64,000 nucleotides of DNA from a virus. The notes beneath the pieces are model-generated. The model saw only the letters and a list, made by a program, of their open reading frames with translations, ran no database searches and had not been told where the DNA came from. A program made the position numbers and the translations under genes. Location: positions 54,454-118,453 of the IMG/VR virus record IMGVR_UViG_3300037313_001714; one strand, given 5' to 3'. This document shows positions 63,100 to 64,000 of this stretch, piece by piece (position 1 is the first letter of the stretch; each line of letters opens with the position of its first letter).

Positions 63100-63816
63100 T
63101 CAGTCGCCCCCGACCACGTCGTCGTCCTTGTCGTCGTCGCCGGTGAGGGCCGGATCGACCGGGCGCTGCACCGCGCCGCCCTCTTCCACCTCCAGGTGGT
63201 CGCGCGCGCGCAGCTTGTCGATCTGCTCGGCCGTGAGTTCCCGGATCACCAGCTCGGGGATCTGCTCCGGGTCCAGCGCGTCGGCCTTGTCCAGGCCCAG
63301 CACGGCGTAGCGCTCCTCGCGCGCCATCTTCAGGTTGGAGATCGCCGCGTTCAGCGCCTTCAGGTTGTTCAGCGCCACCGCGAACGGCTTGCTGTCCTTC
63401 TTGGCCTGCAGGATCTCGTTCCAGGACAGCCGCGCCAGGGCGCTGGCCATCTTGTAGTGCTCCTCCTTGGTCTCGCGGATGCGCGCGGCGATCACCTGCG
63501 CGTCGTTGATCTGCTCTTGCTCCAGCCGCTCGGCGACCTTCTCCTGGATCTTCTTGGCCTTGGAGCCCTTCTTCACGCCGTGGTGCTTGAAGTGGCGCTC
63601 GAACGTCTTGGCCGAGCGGCCGTACTTCTCCACCAAGTCGCGGTAGTTCACGCCGCCCTCGGCCCACAGCGCGCGCACGCGCGCCCACTCGCGCGGGCTC
63701 ATCTCCACCGGCGGCTTGGTCGCCTTGGGCGAGATGTACTTGCTGCGTTTTTTCTTCGGGGGAGGAGCCTCGACGCTTGCAGCGTCCGCCGGGGTCTCTT
63801 CAGGCGTCGCGGTCAT
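63100..63816 (-). CDS. terS: Terminase small subunit
   Basis: N-terminal HTH (WARVRALW...LVEKYG...), helical oligomerisation region; immediately upstream of terL. Confidence 0.75.
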   Translation of the reverse strand: MTATPEETPADAASVEAPPPKKKRSKYISPKATKPPVEMSPREWARVRALWAEGGVNYRDLVEKYGRSAKTFERHFKHHGVKKGSKAKKIQEKVAERLEQEQINDAQVIAARIRETKEEHYKMASALARLSWNEILQAKKDSKPFAVALNNLKALNAAISNLKMAREERYAVLGLDKADALDPEQIPELVIRELTAEQIDKLRARDHLEVEEGGAVQRPVDPALTGDDDKDDDVVGGD

Positions 63817-63827
63817 GCGTCACATCC

Positions 63828-63855
63828 AAAAAAAGAGGGCCAGGAACGTGGCCCT
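63828..63855 (-). terminator. Intrinsic terminator in the terS leader
   Basis: AGGGCCA-CGUUCC-UGGCCCU followed by C and seven U. Confidence 0.7.
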
Positions 63856-63881
63856 TTCAGGGAGGCAGCAGATGAGCTTTC

Positions 63882-63924
63882 ACTGTAGGGCATTTGACAC
63901 AAATTGTCAAGTCACCGCTGACTT
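63882..63924 (-). promoter_or_regulatory. terS promoter with the operator over -35
   Basis: TTGACA (63910-63905)-17 nt-TACAGT (63887-63882); perfect operator at 63909-63924. Confidence 0.75.
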
Positions 63925-64000
63925 ACGCAGCAGGAACAGCAAAGCGAGCGCGCGGGCCAGCCCCTGGGTGGCCTGCGGGGCGGTGGCGTAGCCCTCGCCG

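Larger units (their letters stand above)
1663..63924. repeat. Dispersed 16-bp palindromic operator AAGTCA-N4-TGACTT, about 26 copies
   Basis: Perfect copies start at 10030, 12077, 27682, 31564, 32530, 54647, 59146, 63909. Near-perfect copies start at 1663, 2913, 9179, 12647, 15269, 19104, 19609, 22354, 22777, 24490, 39464, 40074, 46798, 47481, 53473, 53722, 58111, 61832. Confidence 0.9.
1..64000. mobile_element. Segment of a large temperate siphovirus (replication gene set reminiscent of SSU5/pHCM2-like phage-plasmids); both ends lie outside the window
   Basis: Uninterrupted phage head, tail, lysis, replication and integration genes; a shared palindromic operator recurs from 1663 to 63924; no host housekeeping genes seen. 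Confidence 0.93.

Noticed and set aside
1663-63924. CRISPR array or REP elements as the source of the recurring palindrome
   Set aside because: Copies are single and dispersed, have a variable 4-nt centre, overlap promoters and have no spacers or cas genes.

Overview
The whole window reads as one continuous segment of a large, GC-rich temperate siphovirus. No host housekeeping genes were seen. Nearly all genes are on the minus strand. From right to left: terminase small and large subunits, portal, scaffold, major capsid, head-tail joining genes, tail tube, G/GT chaperones with a -1 frameshift, tape measure, lambda-like tail tip (M, L, K, I-J), a long fibre/depolymerase module, a holin-endolysin-spanin cassette, metallophosphoesterase, PhoH, an Hfq-like gene, helicase, primase, ligase and guanylate kinase. 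A short plus-strand island follows (XRE repressor, attP-like site, tyrosine integrase, AlpA). The left arm holds a vWA/MoxR (CobT/CobS-like) pair, a sigma-70-like factor, DnaE fused to a UDG-like domain, a UvsY-like gene, a gp32-like SSB and a 5'-3' exonuclease. From memory this replication set resembles SSU5/pHCM2-type phage-plasmids, but no rep or par gene lies in the window. The most notable observations are: (1) a 2023-aa fibre with three glycosidase modules, one nested inside the GH5 barrel and paralogous to a free, signal-peptide-bearing gene in the tail operon; (2) about 26 copies of an AAGTCA-N4-TGACTT palindrome overlapping sigma-70-like promoters across the window; (3) a non-canonical 8/5 tRNA-like RNA; (4) a phage Hfq-like protein; (5) an intact attP with arm repeats on both sides of a tRNA-Pro 3' fragment. 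All family assignments come from motif recognition by eye; no database search was run.
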